From contig NC_043007.1 of NCBI RefSeq assembly GCF_006345805.1, positions 76,074,001 to 76,138,000 of the forward strand: DNA of 64,000 nucleotides, read 5' to 3'. This DNA is from Octopus sinensis (Eukaryota). The position numbers and the translations under genes were made by a program. The notes below the pieces were generated by a model. That model worked only from the letters and a program-made list of their open reading frames with translations, was not told the DNA's origin and did not search any database. This document shows, in pieces, positions 11,335 to 25,088 of this stretch; within the stretch, counting starts at the first letter, position 1; every line of letters begins with the position of its first letter.

Positions 11335-12059
11335 TTTCACTGACATGGATGGGTCTTCTCATCAGACATCTTGGTTCATTGTCATTTCTTCCATGAGGCC
11401 CAGCATCCTGAGATTGATCCTTACCACTTCATTCCAATGTCTTCCTGGGTCTCCCTCTTCTGTGGGTACCATCCACTTTCAGTGATTGGCACTTCTTTAT
11501 GCAGCTGTCCCTATCATATGTCCAAACCAACGTAGACCTCTCTTGCAGGCTACATTTGATTCTTCGTATGCTCAACTTTTCCCTCAATATATTTGCACTT
11601 TGTCATACATGCACACTGATAATGCACATCCAACGGATCACACTGCCTTCATTTCTCTCCAGTCTACATATGTCTTCTGCATTCAGAGCCCATGTCTCAC
11701 TACCATGGAATATAACTGTTCACACACAAGTGTTATACAGATACAGTCTACCTTTCACTCTGAGAGAAAGTCCTTTTGTTATCAACAGAGGTAACAGCTC
11801 TCTGAACTTCCTCCACCCTATTCTTAGAGCATCCTCCATCATTGCTAATTGGTCATCTAGGTAACTATCAACAACCTCAAGAGAGCCTCCTGAGCATGTG
11901 AGAGAATCTAAGACCCGTGTGCTCTTAGTGTTTATTGTTCCTGCACATCTGCCACACACAAAGATGACTTTATCTGTTAATCTACTTGGGATTCCACAGC
12001 ACCTCTTATGTATCCATAGTTTACACTTGGTGCAGCGATTCCATGCTGGCATGGGTGAA
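11335..12059 (-). mobile_element. RTE-clade LINE 3' fragment
   Basis: WIHKRCCGI...FVCGRC; RIGWRKFRELLPLLITKGLSLRVKGRLY; then ETWAL and RRGRPRKT in shifted frames. Confidence 0.8.
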
Positions 12060-12460
12060 ACTGTTGAGGCAAGTGAAATCAAAATCGAAATCAAATTCGA
12101 TGACTGGCATCCGTGCTAGCAGGGTGTAAAGAGCACCATACAAGTGTGATCGTTGACAGATTGGCTAACCGGCTTCTGTGCCAGTGGCACATAAAAGGCA
12201 CCATTTGAGTGTGATCAGTACCAGCATCGCCTTACTGGCACTTGTGCTGGTGGCACATGTAAAAACATTCGAGCGAGGTCGTTGCCAGTACCGTTTGACT
12301 GGCTCCAGTCGGTGGCACGTTAAAGTACCCACTACACTCTCAGAGTGGTTGGCGTTATGAAGGGCATCCAGCTGTAGAAACTCTGCCACATCAAGATTGG
12401 AGCCTGGTGCAGCCATCTAGTTCACCAGCCCTCAGTCAAATCGTCCAACCCATGCTAGCA
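12060..12460 (+). mobile_element. SINE family 1
   Basis: ctgttgaggcaagtgaaatc start, tandem units, ...gtccaacccatgctagca end. Confidence 0.8.
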
Positions 12461-14149
12461 TTTTATGTTGTTATAATAAAAACAATTTTACATTAATTTG
12501 ATGGGTTACTCAATACTTTTGTAGAGTTCAAATTTATTATTCTTAAACGAGAATATAATTGATCTTGTTGGAAGATGATGATGACGATGACAACAAAATG
12601 GAGGATATGTCAATAATGTAGGATTAATTAGGTTCTCCATCTCTATCGCATATGTTTGAATATGATGATGATGACGATGATTGTAAAATGGTGGATAGTT
12701 TCTCTCAACCTTTTTGCAAAGTCCCATACTATTCTCACTGGCCCTAATATATTATGCGGAAAATTAGCACATGGTTTAGCTATCAAACACTACCTTCTTA
12801 GAGCAGTTATCTTTTAATTTGCCATATTAAGCTAATTAGCTAATTGCATTTGCTCCTTTGTGTACGGGTATGATTATATTTCACAATTACAAGAGTTTGA
12901 ATATTCATTGCAAATCAATGATATTCTCTGGCTCTACTACAATAATTATTGATATCAGGACATTCCAACCATTTTTACCATCAGGAAACCCTTGAAATAA
13001 ATTCCATGACTTTGAGCACCTCTACATAAAAGTATCTTATTCTTTTTCTTTCTCATTCATAAAGCTAAATTACATACAGCAAACCTGACATATTGTTGAT
13101 AGCCACTTTAAGCAGAAATAGTTAAAGTTTTACTCAAGTTTATTGACAATGTAAAATATACCAGAAACCAAACTCCTAGCTTATAAGGAAATGTAACGAG
13201 TGACATTGGATTAGTAAACAATATTATGATGATGTCAGAGTCAACAGTTGTAATGATAAAAATTTGTTGTTATAATTGCCTGTTGTAGGATATGAAAGAT
13301 GAACAATGCATGAAGTTTTAAGAAAGAATCTATTTACTGTTACATTACAAATACCTTGCCTCAACGGGCAGGTTATGATAAATTCAAAAGCATGCGAAGT
13401 AAAGTTTGTGTCCTCTTCATTGTTTAGAAGTAAATACAGAGAGAGAGATAGTAAATACAATGTAGTAAATACAGAGAGAGATGGTGTAAGAGAACAGAAT
13501 TAGAGCTAGTGAGAGTTGTAGAGTGTGGGACGTTGTCTCATAGTTGCTGACAGTAAACTTCATTTCTCCCTCTAACTAATGTTCTAGCTGGTCAGCCAGA
13601 CTTCGTTGAGTCATTACCATGTGACTGGACTCGTTGAGGTGTCACAGACTGTGACTAACTGACTTTTGTTTGGGGAGTGCTTGCTTTTATAACTATCCAG
13701 AAGGATACATATATTATTGAGAACAATAGATTTAGTTGGTGGTCTTGTTATCTCTATTCTAGCTTTTGGTGAATACATTATTTTGGCCTAGCCATAGGCA
13801 TCTGGAAAATGTAAAACTGCTGTCAGAGGAAAACCATTGTTCTACCGTGGGAAAAGTTCTGTTGCAGTGTTAATTTAAATTTGGCTATGGTGGATCGAAT
13901 GCACTTCATGCAAGCAAGATCCACTACAGAAGTTTACATTCATACAAAGAAAGAAAAAAACATTTTTATTCACAGAAAATGAACAAGAATAACCAACATC
14001 ACTGAAACAAACAAAATATAAAAGATAAGATATAAATAGAGTAAAAACAGATAACCATTATGATAACAATCTTTTATTAACAATGCTGAAAAAGCATGAG
14101 ATAAAGAAAAGTAGTATGTTGCATAGACCAAGGTAATGTTATTTCTGAA

Positions 14150-14830
14150 ACCAATTTAGACTTTGAAATTTGTTTCTCAAACGAGAAACCTGTGTCTATC
14201 TTAAGATGCACAAATATTTAATCTATAGATTTCATCTTCCATTGAAAGGAGACAATTTCTATCTTCACTTTTGATGCTCGTTAAATACAAAAAGCTTGCA
14301 TACAGATGTAAGAAGTTGAAAATTGCAGTAATATATTTATAGCTATTTTGTGAATGAAAGTATAGTCTTTAAAAAAATCCAGAATGTATCAAGGGACAGA
14401 TCAATAAATCACATTTTGACTGTATATTATCAGACCACAGCTCACAAAGCTCTTCTGTTAAAGTCAAGCTCACAGGAGAGGCCCTTATGTAATCATACAC
14501 TCCTGTTGAAAGTGATTGAAAATAATGCCGGATTTTGATCAACAGTTCTTCTGGGTGATTTTCAATAAGACTCAACATTTGTTGTTATTCTTCTTCACTC
14601 TTTAGTCACTTGGCAGATGGTCAAAATCCTTCCAGAACAGGACCATTTTAAGAGGTTTGGAGGCTGAAGAATAAACACTTTTATGTGAATCAAACCAATT
14701 TTCTTGGATGAATATCACACTTAACATTTGAGTTTTAGTGTATACAAGCTGTGACTGTAACTTTAAACTTCTGTGTTCTAGTTTTATTTTACAACTCTTA
14801 GCTGCTTGCTTTTCTACTGGAGACATTTAA
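14150..14830 (-). mobile_element. hAT (Charlie/Buster-type) transposase remnant
   Basis: Frameshifted KIAINILLQFSTSYICMQAF (hAT dimerisation region) downstream of NHPEELLIKIRHYF...EELCELWSD. Confidence 0.7.
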
Positions 14831-15184
14831 TTGATCATGCCATGTTATGGGTGTTTTCAGTTTTATTGTACAAGTGAATACATGCACATTTTTCTATATC
14901 TATGTATTTCTTTGGACATTAATAGTAAACCTGTTTGTTATTGTAAATAAACCAGTTAACTAATTCATTGTACAAAGAATTGAATATTAGTGTCAAATTC
15001 ATATGATTTCACTCACAAAAGATTCCCAATGTCTACCTATATGTGGCAGAAGAAATGCCTGTGATTTTCAAACAAATGCATTCTTTTAAATTTCATAAGA
15101 CATATTTGGATATTGAGAAACTTTTTTCAATGACACCTACACAAAACTTATAACTAAAGTTGTTAAATTACATTTTAACTTTCT

Positions 15185-15620
15185 GAAAATTGCATATCAA
15201 GAAACCCAGCACAGCATTAAAGCCTCAACCGCTACACGACATGTGTTCAACCGGCATTCTGCCTTGTGACCCCATCTTGTTACAGAACTATTGCTATTGT
15301 GTACCTCACTTACGAACTGGTAAACTAATTCCATCTTAACTCAATATGCTGAGAGACTCATCTTATGCTCTGTATTCTGTTTTATATGCATACACCTTAT
15401 TTGTACTTCTGTCACACACATGAACAAACAGACACAAACACTTGTCGTATGCACACACACTCTCATTATACACATTTGTAAATAAAGTCTTTCTTATCTC
15501 AAACAGTAGAATGGTTGTCGTCCTCATTTATTTCTTTGGCACATATTCTTTTATACTATCTATAGTGGCTTATTTTGTTAGGGCGACCGTGCGGCGTTAA
15601 AAAAGAGACATTTCTGTCAC
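15185..15620 (+). mobile_element. LTR-like segment (possible solo LTR)
   Basis: Shares motifs with 8930-9245 (tgtacct..acgaactggta; aataaa(g/a)tct; ggttgt; tggcac). Weak support. Confidence 0.3.
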
Positions 15621-16059
15621 CACTCCTTACATACGGTCGTATTCCCTACACGCCCATGAATGGAAACGAAGGTGAGGTGTGACGAAGGTGTAGCAAATTG
15701 ACAACAATTAAAGGGAGACAACTTAATGCTACATCCGAAAACGTTTAATATATGAGGTATTTTAAAATTTGCTATAAATAAAAAAAGATTTGAGCTCACA
15801 ACATCAAATGAAAACTAGGTCTCACATCTGAAAGATTACCTTACTAGATATCATTAACTTTAAAACGATTAGAATCAAACATGTTCTCCCAGTCAAAGTG
15901 TTTACATACACAGATTATAATGTTCAGATGACGTACTGTAACGAAACATTAAAACTGTTCTAATTATAAGAATCGTGTTGGTACACAAATGAGCAAAATA
16001 CAATAATCTCATCACTAAATTTGCTTAAACTTAAAACTTTCATTTTTGGATTTGGTTTG

Positions 16060-16260
16060 TAAGATTCTTTATATGAGTTCGTGTGTTGAAGCATGTTCTG
16101 TTGTGTCTGGGGAGAGTAATTTTCTTTTTGTGTATTGAAAAGGTTGCAAGAGGTAACGAAAATTTTAGGAAAATAAAAATAAGAAATAAGTGGAAATTTT
16201 ACCGGTGAGTGTGTTACGTTATAAGGCACAAAAAGAAAATGACTCTCCCCAGACACAACA
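16060..16260. repeat. Palindromic ~200-bp interspersed repeat (MITE-like), homologous to 60470-60670
   Basis: tgttgtgtctggggagagtaattttctttttgtg (16099-16132) inverts to cacaaaaagaaaatgactctccccagacacaaca (16227-16260). Confidence 0.7.
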
Positions 16261-16611
16261 GATAACTTTCAGTTAGTGACTTGCCAAGGGAAGTAATTAT
16301 GCAATTTGGTAAGTTTGTCATTCATATGATGTTGAAATTATGAACTATCATTTAAAAATATATATGAAACTATGGGGTTCTTATCAGAGGATGTCATATT
16401 TTCTTTATTGTAGGATTTCAAAAGAGTGAGAGAGTAAGCAATGATTACAGCATCTTAAAGAAAATCATGTAGTCCCATCTTTAAGAAAATTGGGTATCAG
16501 GTCCAGTGAACAGGGAGAGTATTTTTCTGAACTTTTTTTTGTTCAGTCCACTTGTTTGGTAAAAATCTCATCAACGTAAGCCCTTATATTCCTATAGTGG
16601 TATGAAGGTAC

Positions 16612-17008
16612 CACCCTTACTGGTGGCACGTAAAAAGCACCATTTGAACGTGGTCGATGCCAGTGCCACCTGACTGGTCCCTTGCCAGCAGCATGTAAAA
16701 AGTACTATTTGAGAGTGGTCGCTGCCAGTGCCACCTGACTGGCTCCCGAGCTAGTGGCACGTAAAAAGCACCATTCAAGCGTGGTTGATGTCAGTACTGC
16801 CTGACTGGCCCTCATGCCGGTGGCAAGTAAAAAGCACCCACTACACTTTCAGAGTGGTTGATGTTAGGAAGGGCATCCAGCTGTAGAAACTTTGCCAGAT
16901 CAGATTGGTGCCTGGTGCAGCCTTCTGACTTGCCAGCCCTCAGTCAAACTGTCCAACCCATGCCAGCATGGAAAGCAGATGTTAAACGATGATGATGATG
17001 ATGATGAT
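16612..17008 (+). mobile_element. SINE family 1
   Basis: About four internal units; 3' end gtccaacccatgccagcatggaaagcagatgttaaac(gat)n. Confidence 0.85.
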
Positions 17009-17089
17009 CTTCAAAGTACTCTTGAATGCTTGACATGACAGATTGTTGCAGCAAATTCAAGGAAATGGATCAATCATAGTACTGTCAAA

Positions 17090-17600
17090 ATAGAATGGTC
17101 GTGTTAGTCTTTTTCAGGATAATCCACACAAACTGTATATCTTGGTAAATTAATATGATGTTCCTCCTTAATGTGCAGATTTTCAGATCCCATGAAGATG
17201 CTGTTTAGGCTGTTAATTGAGCCTCATTACTCCAAACAACCTTTGTTGGAAAGTTTGTATCTTCTACATATCTTGTCAAGTATCATTCACAAAAGTCCAA
17301 CCTTCAGTTCTGATCATCTTCTTTGAGAGTATCAGCTATTCTTGGAATGTAACGTTTTCAATGACAGTATTTCAAATTACAGTATATGCTTAATTTTAAA
17401 ATCTTTATCTCATGAATCATTCGCTGCATAGATTTTCATGAACTCTGGCAATACATTACTAGTTCTCTTCCTTGTTTTGTGAGCCTCGTCGATGTCCGCA
17501 GTTTTCCTGAAAGTTTCTTGTTGACATTCTGAACAGTTACATCTGCTTCAAAATCATCTCTAATCCCACAAAGCCCCGAGGAACAATCATCTGAAAGGAG
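17090..17600 (-). mobile_element. Tc1/mariner transposase remnant
   Basis: Degenerate KVVWSNEA (FSDE-like) and SENLHI..EEHHINLP segments. Confidence 0.4.
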
Positions 17601-17690
17601 AGGATAGGAGCTAGGAAAAGCTATATCTTTTAGCCTCTGTGATAAGATATATGTGCACACCTTATATATATTCTCTTAAATAAGGCACTC

Positions 17691-18890
17691 ATGTTTGCTA
17701 TGAAAATCTCTGGACTTACTAGAGTAGAGGTAGACATTATTCTAGTGGCTAGGAAATCAATTATCAAATTTGAGGGGAAGGTTAGACCAGAGATATTTGA
17801 TATAACTATGGGATCGACAGATTCTGCTCAGGTAACGGACTTAGTTGGGATATACATTTTCTTCTGCTTGTATAAGAACTCCCTGAAATAAGAGCAGGGT
17901 CTATACAACGATGATGCACTTTTCATCCTGTTTAACCCCTCAAATCAGGACATAGAAAAATATAGGAAAAGTTTTTAAAAACACAGGACTCTCAATATCA
18001 GTAGAAGAGGAGCATAAGTCTGTTAACTTTCTTGATGTTAATTGAGATCTAAGTACAGGCCATATGTTAAACGTAATATGAACCTTAGATATATTCATAA
18101 AAATAACAATCACCCAAAAAGTATAATCTAATCTATAGTAGCAAATATATCAATCTGCATTACTAACCTCTCAGCAATCAAGGAAATATTTAAACTAAAT
18201 GAAGACTTTTACAATTTAGCATTGGAGACGGTGGGATATGGAGAAAAATTAAAATTCTTTAACAGTAGTAATAATAGAAATAATATAAGTAGCAGGATGG
18301 ACTATCCTGATGATAATCAAAATAATATGCATAATATGACAAACACCAACAACCAAAAGGAACAGACAATAGGAAGAGTTAAAGATAGGAAGTCTATACA
18401 ATTAGAGTATAACAATAGAGTATCTAGACACAAAAAAGAGTACAAATTTACATGAATTTGTGCCAAATGGCTTAGATATGAATGGATCTCTTAAGATGTC
18501 CCATTCAAATAGGGGAGGTAACCAATACATAAGCTCTCTAAATAGTACTATACAAATAACTGACAAATATAATAGCAAACAAACCTAATGTTGTAGTAAG
18601 GACCAACTAAATAGGTTACATTTGTTGACAAAAAAGCTAATGTCGAAATAGAAATACATACCTTGATAACATAGATACCTCTAGCTATATTGAATGGTAT
18701 ATAATTCCCTTCAGAAAACAAATAATTTCCAATATACCAACATTGTTTTATTTGGCATTGACTAAAAATTTTCCTAAAGACAATAAACACTACAAGATTT
18801 TTAATTAACATTTAATTAAACTAGATTTTTCCTAATATGAAAAATCTAACTCAAATTATAGCAGCACACAACACTAGTAAATTTAAGTTT
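17691..18890 (+). mobile_element. Penelope-like element reverse transcriptase remnant
   Basis: FDITMGSTDSAQVTDLVGIYI, GLYNDDALF, VNFLDV, YIHKNNNHPKSII and FPNMKNLTQIIAAHN across frameshifts. Confidence 0.75.
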
Positions 18891-18949
18891 CCATATGAAC
18901 AATAGCAAAAATAGTAACCAGAATAATAATTATAGATCAATAAATAGCA

Positions 18950-21080
18950 ACAATGGCTGGATGCCCTTCCTAACACCAGCCACTTTACAGAGTGTGCTTT
19001 TTATGTAGCACGGTACCTATAAAGGACAAACCTGTATGTATGGACGGCAGTGATTTTACCTAGCTTGATGGATCTCATGATGTACAGCAACTCATGGTTC
19101 CTTGTTATTTCCTCAGTGAGACCCAGTATCTGAAGATCTTTTTTCATATCTACCTACTTCCACAATTAGAGTTTGACTCTTCTTTATGCAGCTGCCCTCA
19201 TCCATATGCATCACGACCAGACCAGCAAAATCTTCTCTCTTGCACACATCTTGACTCTAACACCAAGTTTTCTTCTTAAATCACTTACACCCTGTTGTGT
19301 GTGCACATTGATATTGCCCATCCAGCAGAGCATGCTAGCTTCATTTCTTTCCAGCCTTCTCAAGTCTCTGTAGTCATAGTCCGTTTGACTGCTATCTAGC
19401 ATAGCTGTATATATACAGGTATCATACAATCTGCCTTTCACTCTGAGGGAGAAGCCTTTAATTACCAACAAAGGTAGAAGCTCTCTGAACTTTGCCTAGC
19501 CTGTAATTATTCTAGCAACTTCACTTTCAGAACTTCCTCCTCCACTGCTAACTTGGTTGTCTAGGTAACAGAAGTTATCTATTACTTCTAATGATCTTCC
19601 TGAACATTTGAGGGAGACTTTTGTCTGTGCATTTTTAGTGCTTATTGTACCCACACAAAAACTATTTTGAACTGGGTACAATGTATGGAGTTTCTACCAG
19701 CACCTTTCTTACAAATCAAGCCCTACCAACACCCTCCTTACAAACCACAAATCCCCGAAGAGATTTGTGATTCGTTTGTTTTCCTACTTACTAGGACTTT
19801 GGTTTTCGCTAAATTAACACTTAGGCCTAGCTTTCAAACCTGAAATTCCTTCTTTGAGTCGATAGTGATTCATCGGTAAGAACAAGGTCATCAGTGTAGA
19901 GGAGCACCCATGGGTAGCCAGTCTTGAATTTATCTTTTATAGCATGGCGACCTATGGATAAGATGAACAAGAACCTGTACACTGAATTCATTGCTATACT
20001 TGTTGCCAACCTTCGCCTTATTGGCAGCATCCGTGAACATGGCTTGTACAGTTCTCACTAACCACTCATTCCTAGCTACCACATTGACCACTAAGTACAG
20101 AGGTTTATTTTTGGCTACACACTTCTCCTGCAGTTGCTTTACCAGGAATATAACATCAGCTGTCCTCCCAGGAACAAAACCAAACAACATCTCATCTAAG
20201 CTCTCTTCCAACATAGTTAAGTTATAACCCTCTCTGTTACTTTCATTACTTGATCCAGCAGTTTGACATCTCTACAATTATAATTATTTCTGCTACATGT
20301 GCTGTTGGATATAACTCCCTCATGGACAATTTGATTGACTATATGGAAGACTAGGCCATATCTCACTCCACCAGATATTTTAATTTTTTTTTCTGTTAAA
20401 TGCTTCTAGTAATACGCCTTAAATCTCTGACCATTCAGGGGATTCTCAAGCTTCCAGACCTTTCTTTTCCATACTGGTTGTCTTCTTGACGATTCTGAAG
20501 TTGCTAACAACTAACCTATGTTGAGGGATATATTCTTCAGCCGGTAAAGTTTTGGCCATTATTATTAACCATTTCCCCATTTTCTGACTAGAATGAAGTC
20601 AATCTGGCTAGTGTGCCCACCAGATTGAAGAAGTTAGTGTTGCAAATAATAAGGTCACTTGTGTCACAGAACTCCAGCAGCCTGGTTCCCTCCTCATTGC
20701 AGAAACTGAATCCATTGCCACCATGGATGTTGTCCAAGTCATTAGCCACAAAGAGAAGCTCAGTTATTTGTCAATGAGGTAGTCTGCAAAAGGGTGTAAT
20801 AAAATGGGTCTTTCTGTTCATCAGAGTCCTGGTTGAGGGGTGTAGACTGAAATAATAGTTGCTGTACCACTTTGCAAAACTAGTCTAAGCTTAAGTATTC
20901 TACCACTGACTGACTACCACAATTGCCTTATCAACCCATTTCTCAACAAGCAGTATGATCACATCACCAATCCCATCAGTGTTCTCTATCCAGATTTTAT
21001 GCGCTTTGCCTGTGAAGAACCTGGCAAAATCTCTTCACCTTACTTCTTAGAAGCAACACACATCTACATGCTTCCATTCA
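18950..21080 (-). mobile_element. RTE-clade LINE, degraded (endonuclease + RT + 3' UTR)
   Basis: ILKLRLVLQSGTATIISVYTPQPG (APE), LDEMLFGFVPGRTADVIFLVKQLQEK, PWVLLYTDDLVL, KGFSLRVKGRLYD. The 3' end runs into the module shared with SINE family 1. Confidence 0.8.
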
Positions 21081-21284
21081 AGCATCTCAACTATCTCACC
21101 AGACCTACCTTTCAACATGCTATATTGAGTATGCCAACTCTAAGGGTGAGTAAGGTGTGTAGGCAGAGGGGACACACAAATAGGAGACAGTATTCTGCAT
21201 CTGAAAAGAAAGTTTGCATGGACATTTCCCATATATATTGTTATAAGTTCACAACTTTTAATTAATATCTCCATCTCTGAGATA

Positions 21285-22025
21285 GGATCTTTACTTTTTG
21301 ACCGACAGATTTAAAAAATAATTTTTTGTAACTAAACACTTTCAAACTTTGTATACTTGTAGAATGTATCACATAAAACATCTTTTACTCTTGGCGTTGT
21401 TGAGAAAATTCTGTATTTTGGAAGTTATTTCTTGTTAAAGTTGTCGTATTTCGGTAATTTCAACCAATCAATGATGTGTATTCAGCTGAATAAAATTACT
21501 GCTGTTGTTTGCCAACAACTTCCAGCAGTGTATATTTTGTTTGTCACTTATTTATGACATTGTTTGTGCACTCGTACTGGTTTTAGCTTTAGGGTTAGGG
21601 TTTTAGGGTTCAGGTTAGGGTTGGAGTTTTAGGGTTAGAGTTATGGAAAAAAATGAAAAATGAAGTACGGACGATTATGGTGGTGCCATGAAGTAAACAT
21701 GCTTCAGACACACTCATTTATTCATACAAACGTAACTGAGATGAAATATGTCATAAATAACAGTGACAAACGAAATATACACCACTGGAAGTTGTTGACA
21801 AACAATAGCAGTAATTTTATTCAGTTGAATACACGTCATTGATTGGTTGAAATTACCGAAATACGACAACTTTAACAAGAAATAACTTCCAAAATACAGA
21901 ATTTTCTCAACAACGCCAAGAGTAAAAGATGTTTTATGTGACACATTCTACCCATATACGAAGTTTGAAAGTGTTTAGATACAAACAATTATTTTTAAAA
22001 TCTGTCGGTCAAAAAGTAAAGATCC
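21285..22025. mobile_element. Fold-back MITE with ~275-bp TIRs (Merlin-like) and internal (TTAGGG)-like repeats
   Basis: Arms 21285-21559 and 21749-22025, ends GGATC...GATCC, 8-bp flanks ctgagata / ccaagata; degenerate TTAGGG array at ~21583-21642. Confidence 0.85.
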
Positions 22026-23204
22026 CCAAGATAGAATTTATGGAAATAAAAGAATCAAGACAAAACAAATGGGGTAAAGATTTTTTTTTAAAATACTTTT
22101 TTTTATTTTATTATAATCAGACAATGAAAGTATTTACACACCAGTTTTCCTTGAAAATTTTTAATGTTTTTTTTTTCCTTTTTATCTAGAATTCCAATCA
22201 GACACTGAGCCAGTAACTTAGATGCAATTAGGCAGATGAGTGGATGGGAGGAAGTTGGACACAAAGCTAAGAATGCATTTAGAAATGAAATTAAGTTGAA
22301 ATAATTCCTATATGATAATTCAATTTTAAGATTTCTATGCCTGAATAAATATCAATGTTTTCAATTTAAATTATCTTAGAAATGCTAATTATTATTCTTC
22401 CTTTCACATATGTACACACTCAAGTTTTAATCTATAAATATAATATAGATCCCAATGTAGCTTTGGATATATTTTTGAGGCTTGTTATCTAATGTAGTTA
22501 AATGGTAAAGTAGAAAAGGGGATGAAATCAAACAATTTGAACATTAAATTCATACCAACGAAGAACAATTGATTTTAGATTAATAGAAAATTACTTCATG
22601 AAGAAATGTATCTAGAAACCAGAGTTGTAAAATAGTTAAATTATATATATTCAACACAAAGAAGATTTATAATATACTAGAATGCATATGTTTTTATCAC
22701 TTTAAGCTATTTTGTTATAGAAGTAGTTTATGTGAAAACATGAAAATGCCACTAAGTGGCATTGTATAGAATCTGAGCAACAGGATGCTTAGCAACAGCA
22801 TCTGACATGTTCAGGCACACACTGCAGAATTTATTTAAAATAATCTATCTTGTCTTCCTTCTTCAACTGCATTTTTTAAAGGCAGAGTTTTTTTTCCCTT
22901 ACAAGAGGATGCATGAGTTATGAATGAGGTTCATATCTTCCCATGGATGTTAATGATGTAAGTGAAGGAAAATGGTTCCAATCACTAACTGAAATTATCA
23001 CATCCTCTAACATTTAGTTTAGCATCTCATGGGTTTTTTGAATGAGGGCAAATAAAGTAAAATAAAATGGTTATAATTGGAAGGAAAGTAATGAAAGAGA
23101 ACATAAGGGCCTGAAAATGTTATGGCCACTGACCCTTCCTCCAGATCTAGCAGAGAGAGAAAGAGAGAAAGAGAGAGAGGGAGGAGGAGGAAAATGTTTT
23201 ACTA

Positions 23205-23326
23205 TTACTCAATAAGTTTCTTTGACTTGAAGTATCTGCGAAGATATAGCACTTGCCATGTGGCCAAGCCAAGCAAACAACACATAGAGAAAATGCTGAA
23301 GTACATTACTCTAGAATGGGTTGATT
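23205..23326 (-). CDS. TMED10: TMED10 coding exon 5 (last): (E)[39 protein letters not shown]
   Basis: ttttag acceptor at 23327-23328, phase 1; transmembrane helix and KKLIE COPI-binding tail typical of p24delta; TAA at 23205-23207. Confidence 0.97.
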
Positions 23327-25088
23327 CTAAAAAAGAAGAGAAAAAATTAAAAAAAATAATTATCAACCTGATATAACAATATTTTAGAATTAAATTAAAA
23401 TTATAATATGCATTATAAATATACAAAGAAAAAACAATAACTTGTGAATAAACTTGTACCAATTACTTTCAGTTCTAACATAGATGCAAGTATTATGTTA
23501 TGAAAACAAAACTTACTTGTAAAGGAAGTAGACTACATGCTGGCAATATTACAGATTTATTCAAAATGAGAGTAAGCACAGAGTTATATGTCACAGCTAT
23601 TTAACAGTTGAACATCATTTTCACTATGAAAGACTTTATAAAGAACATTTAAATCAGATGTGATGGATCCTAATTTCATTTCTGTATTTACTGATACACA
23701 ACAATTAACCTGCTAAGAAGCTTGTTTTTTACAATCACAATAAATTATTCTCAACAACTGATCCATTACAAACAATATTTGCATCTCTTCAGGCAACCAC
23801 ACACTATATTTCTCTTGAAAGCTTAGTCCGAAATATTAAAAATTTAAATGTGCAAATGCAGTTTTCAAGTTATAAGCAACATCCCAGTGATCTCATCACT
23901 AACTTATTTTTGTCAATAATTTCTAGTGTCACCTGCTTTTAACAAGATATTTCAGAGTTAGGATAGCATTAAACAATATATATTTAATTACAGAATATTT
24001 TTCAATAACGTGTCTTTAAAATTTCAAGCTTAGATATTGATGGCCTCCATATTCAGAATATGAGTTTAAGTCAACTTAATGTAAAAGCTATACCACTTTC
24101 AAATAAACATTTCTCACAAAACTGAAAATACAAATGAATTATCATTATTAAAACTGATTTGCCAGCCAATCAAAGTATTAATTTTCTCTTTTTCCCAAAA
24201 CAACAAACCATAGTATCATATATATCCTCTTAAGAAACAGTTAACTAACAGCAGTTGAAATTACAAACTATCAGAATTTCTGTTTATTCAAATAAGTGTT
24301 TTAACACCTTTTACACTGGTGTGTAAAAATTTCTGAACCACATCATAAATAGCTTTGATAAGTTTCAATTTTCATTCATTATTTAGTTGAGTTGGAAAAG
24401 GAAAAAGAGTTTACAGTCTTTCAGGGCTCCTATTAAATAGGAAGATAGTTTAAGGTTAATATGGTTACTGATTAGTTCAAAGTTTTGTGGGATACCGAAA
24501 GGGAGTAAACAGGGAGGGGAATTCTAGAGGGATGCAATTCAACAGTGAAAAAAATTGGGTAAAAATATTTAGGGTAGTATGAAGAGATGAACATGTATTT
24601 ACGTAGCAACAAAATTTCCCTCCAGTCGTATCCTAACATCTTCAAAAATACATAATATAATCCTTGACACACTATTTCTGAAAAACACTGGATGGTTATA
24701 GCTTTAGCATCTTTGACCAAAAGCATGCTAAATCAGGGCTGACCTGGGTTTAAACAACAAGAGGAAAAACTGACAGAGCTTGAAGAATTGGACACAATTG
24801 AAAAGTATTAGCAAGTGTAGGTTCTAAGAAGTTTCTCTACAAGGATAAGGCACTAATCAAAATGTAGTGCAGAACAAGTATTTATGAAAAATAATTTGAG
24901 TGACGTGAAAAATTTCAAATTATTCAACAAGACATTTTCAAAAATTGGTAAATAATTAAACAAAGATTAAATCAGTAATAAAGCATTGCAAACTTTGACC
25001 AAAGGTAAGACAATGACGTTAATAAAAAAAAAGAAAAGTAAACATCCTAAGTAACAGTGAATAAAAGAAAAAAAAAAAAAAACTTTAC

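Noticed and set aside
11322-11370. Minus-strand CTGATGAG...GAAAC-TGA-GTC at the RTE 3' end
   Set aside because: The core words are present but stems I and II do not pair; most likely chance within a decayed RTE tail.
21583-21642. TTAGGG array as a chromosome end or fusion scar
   Set aside because: It is short, degenerate and enclosed by MITE TIRs.
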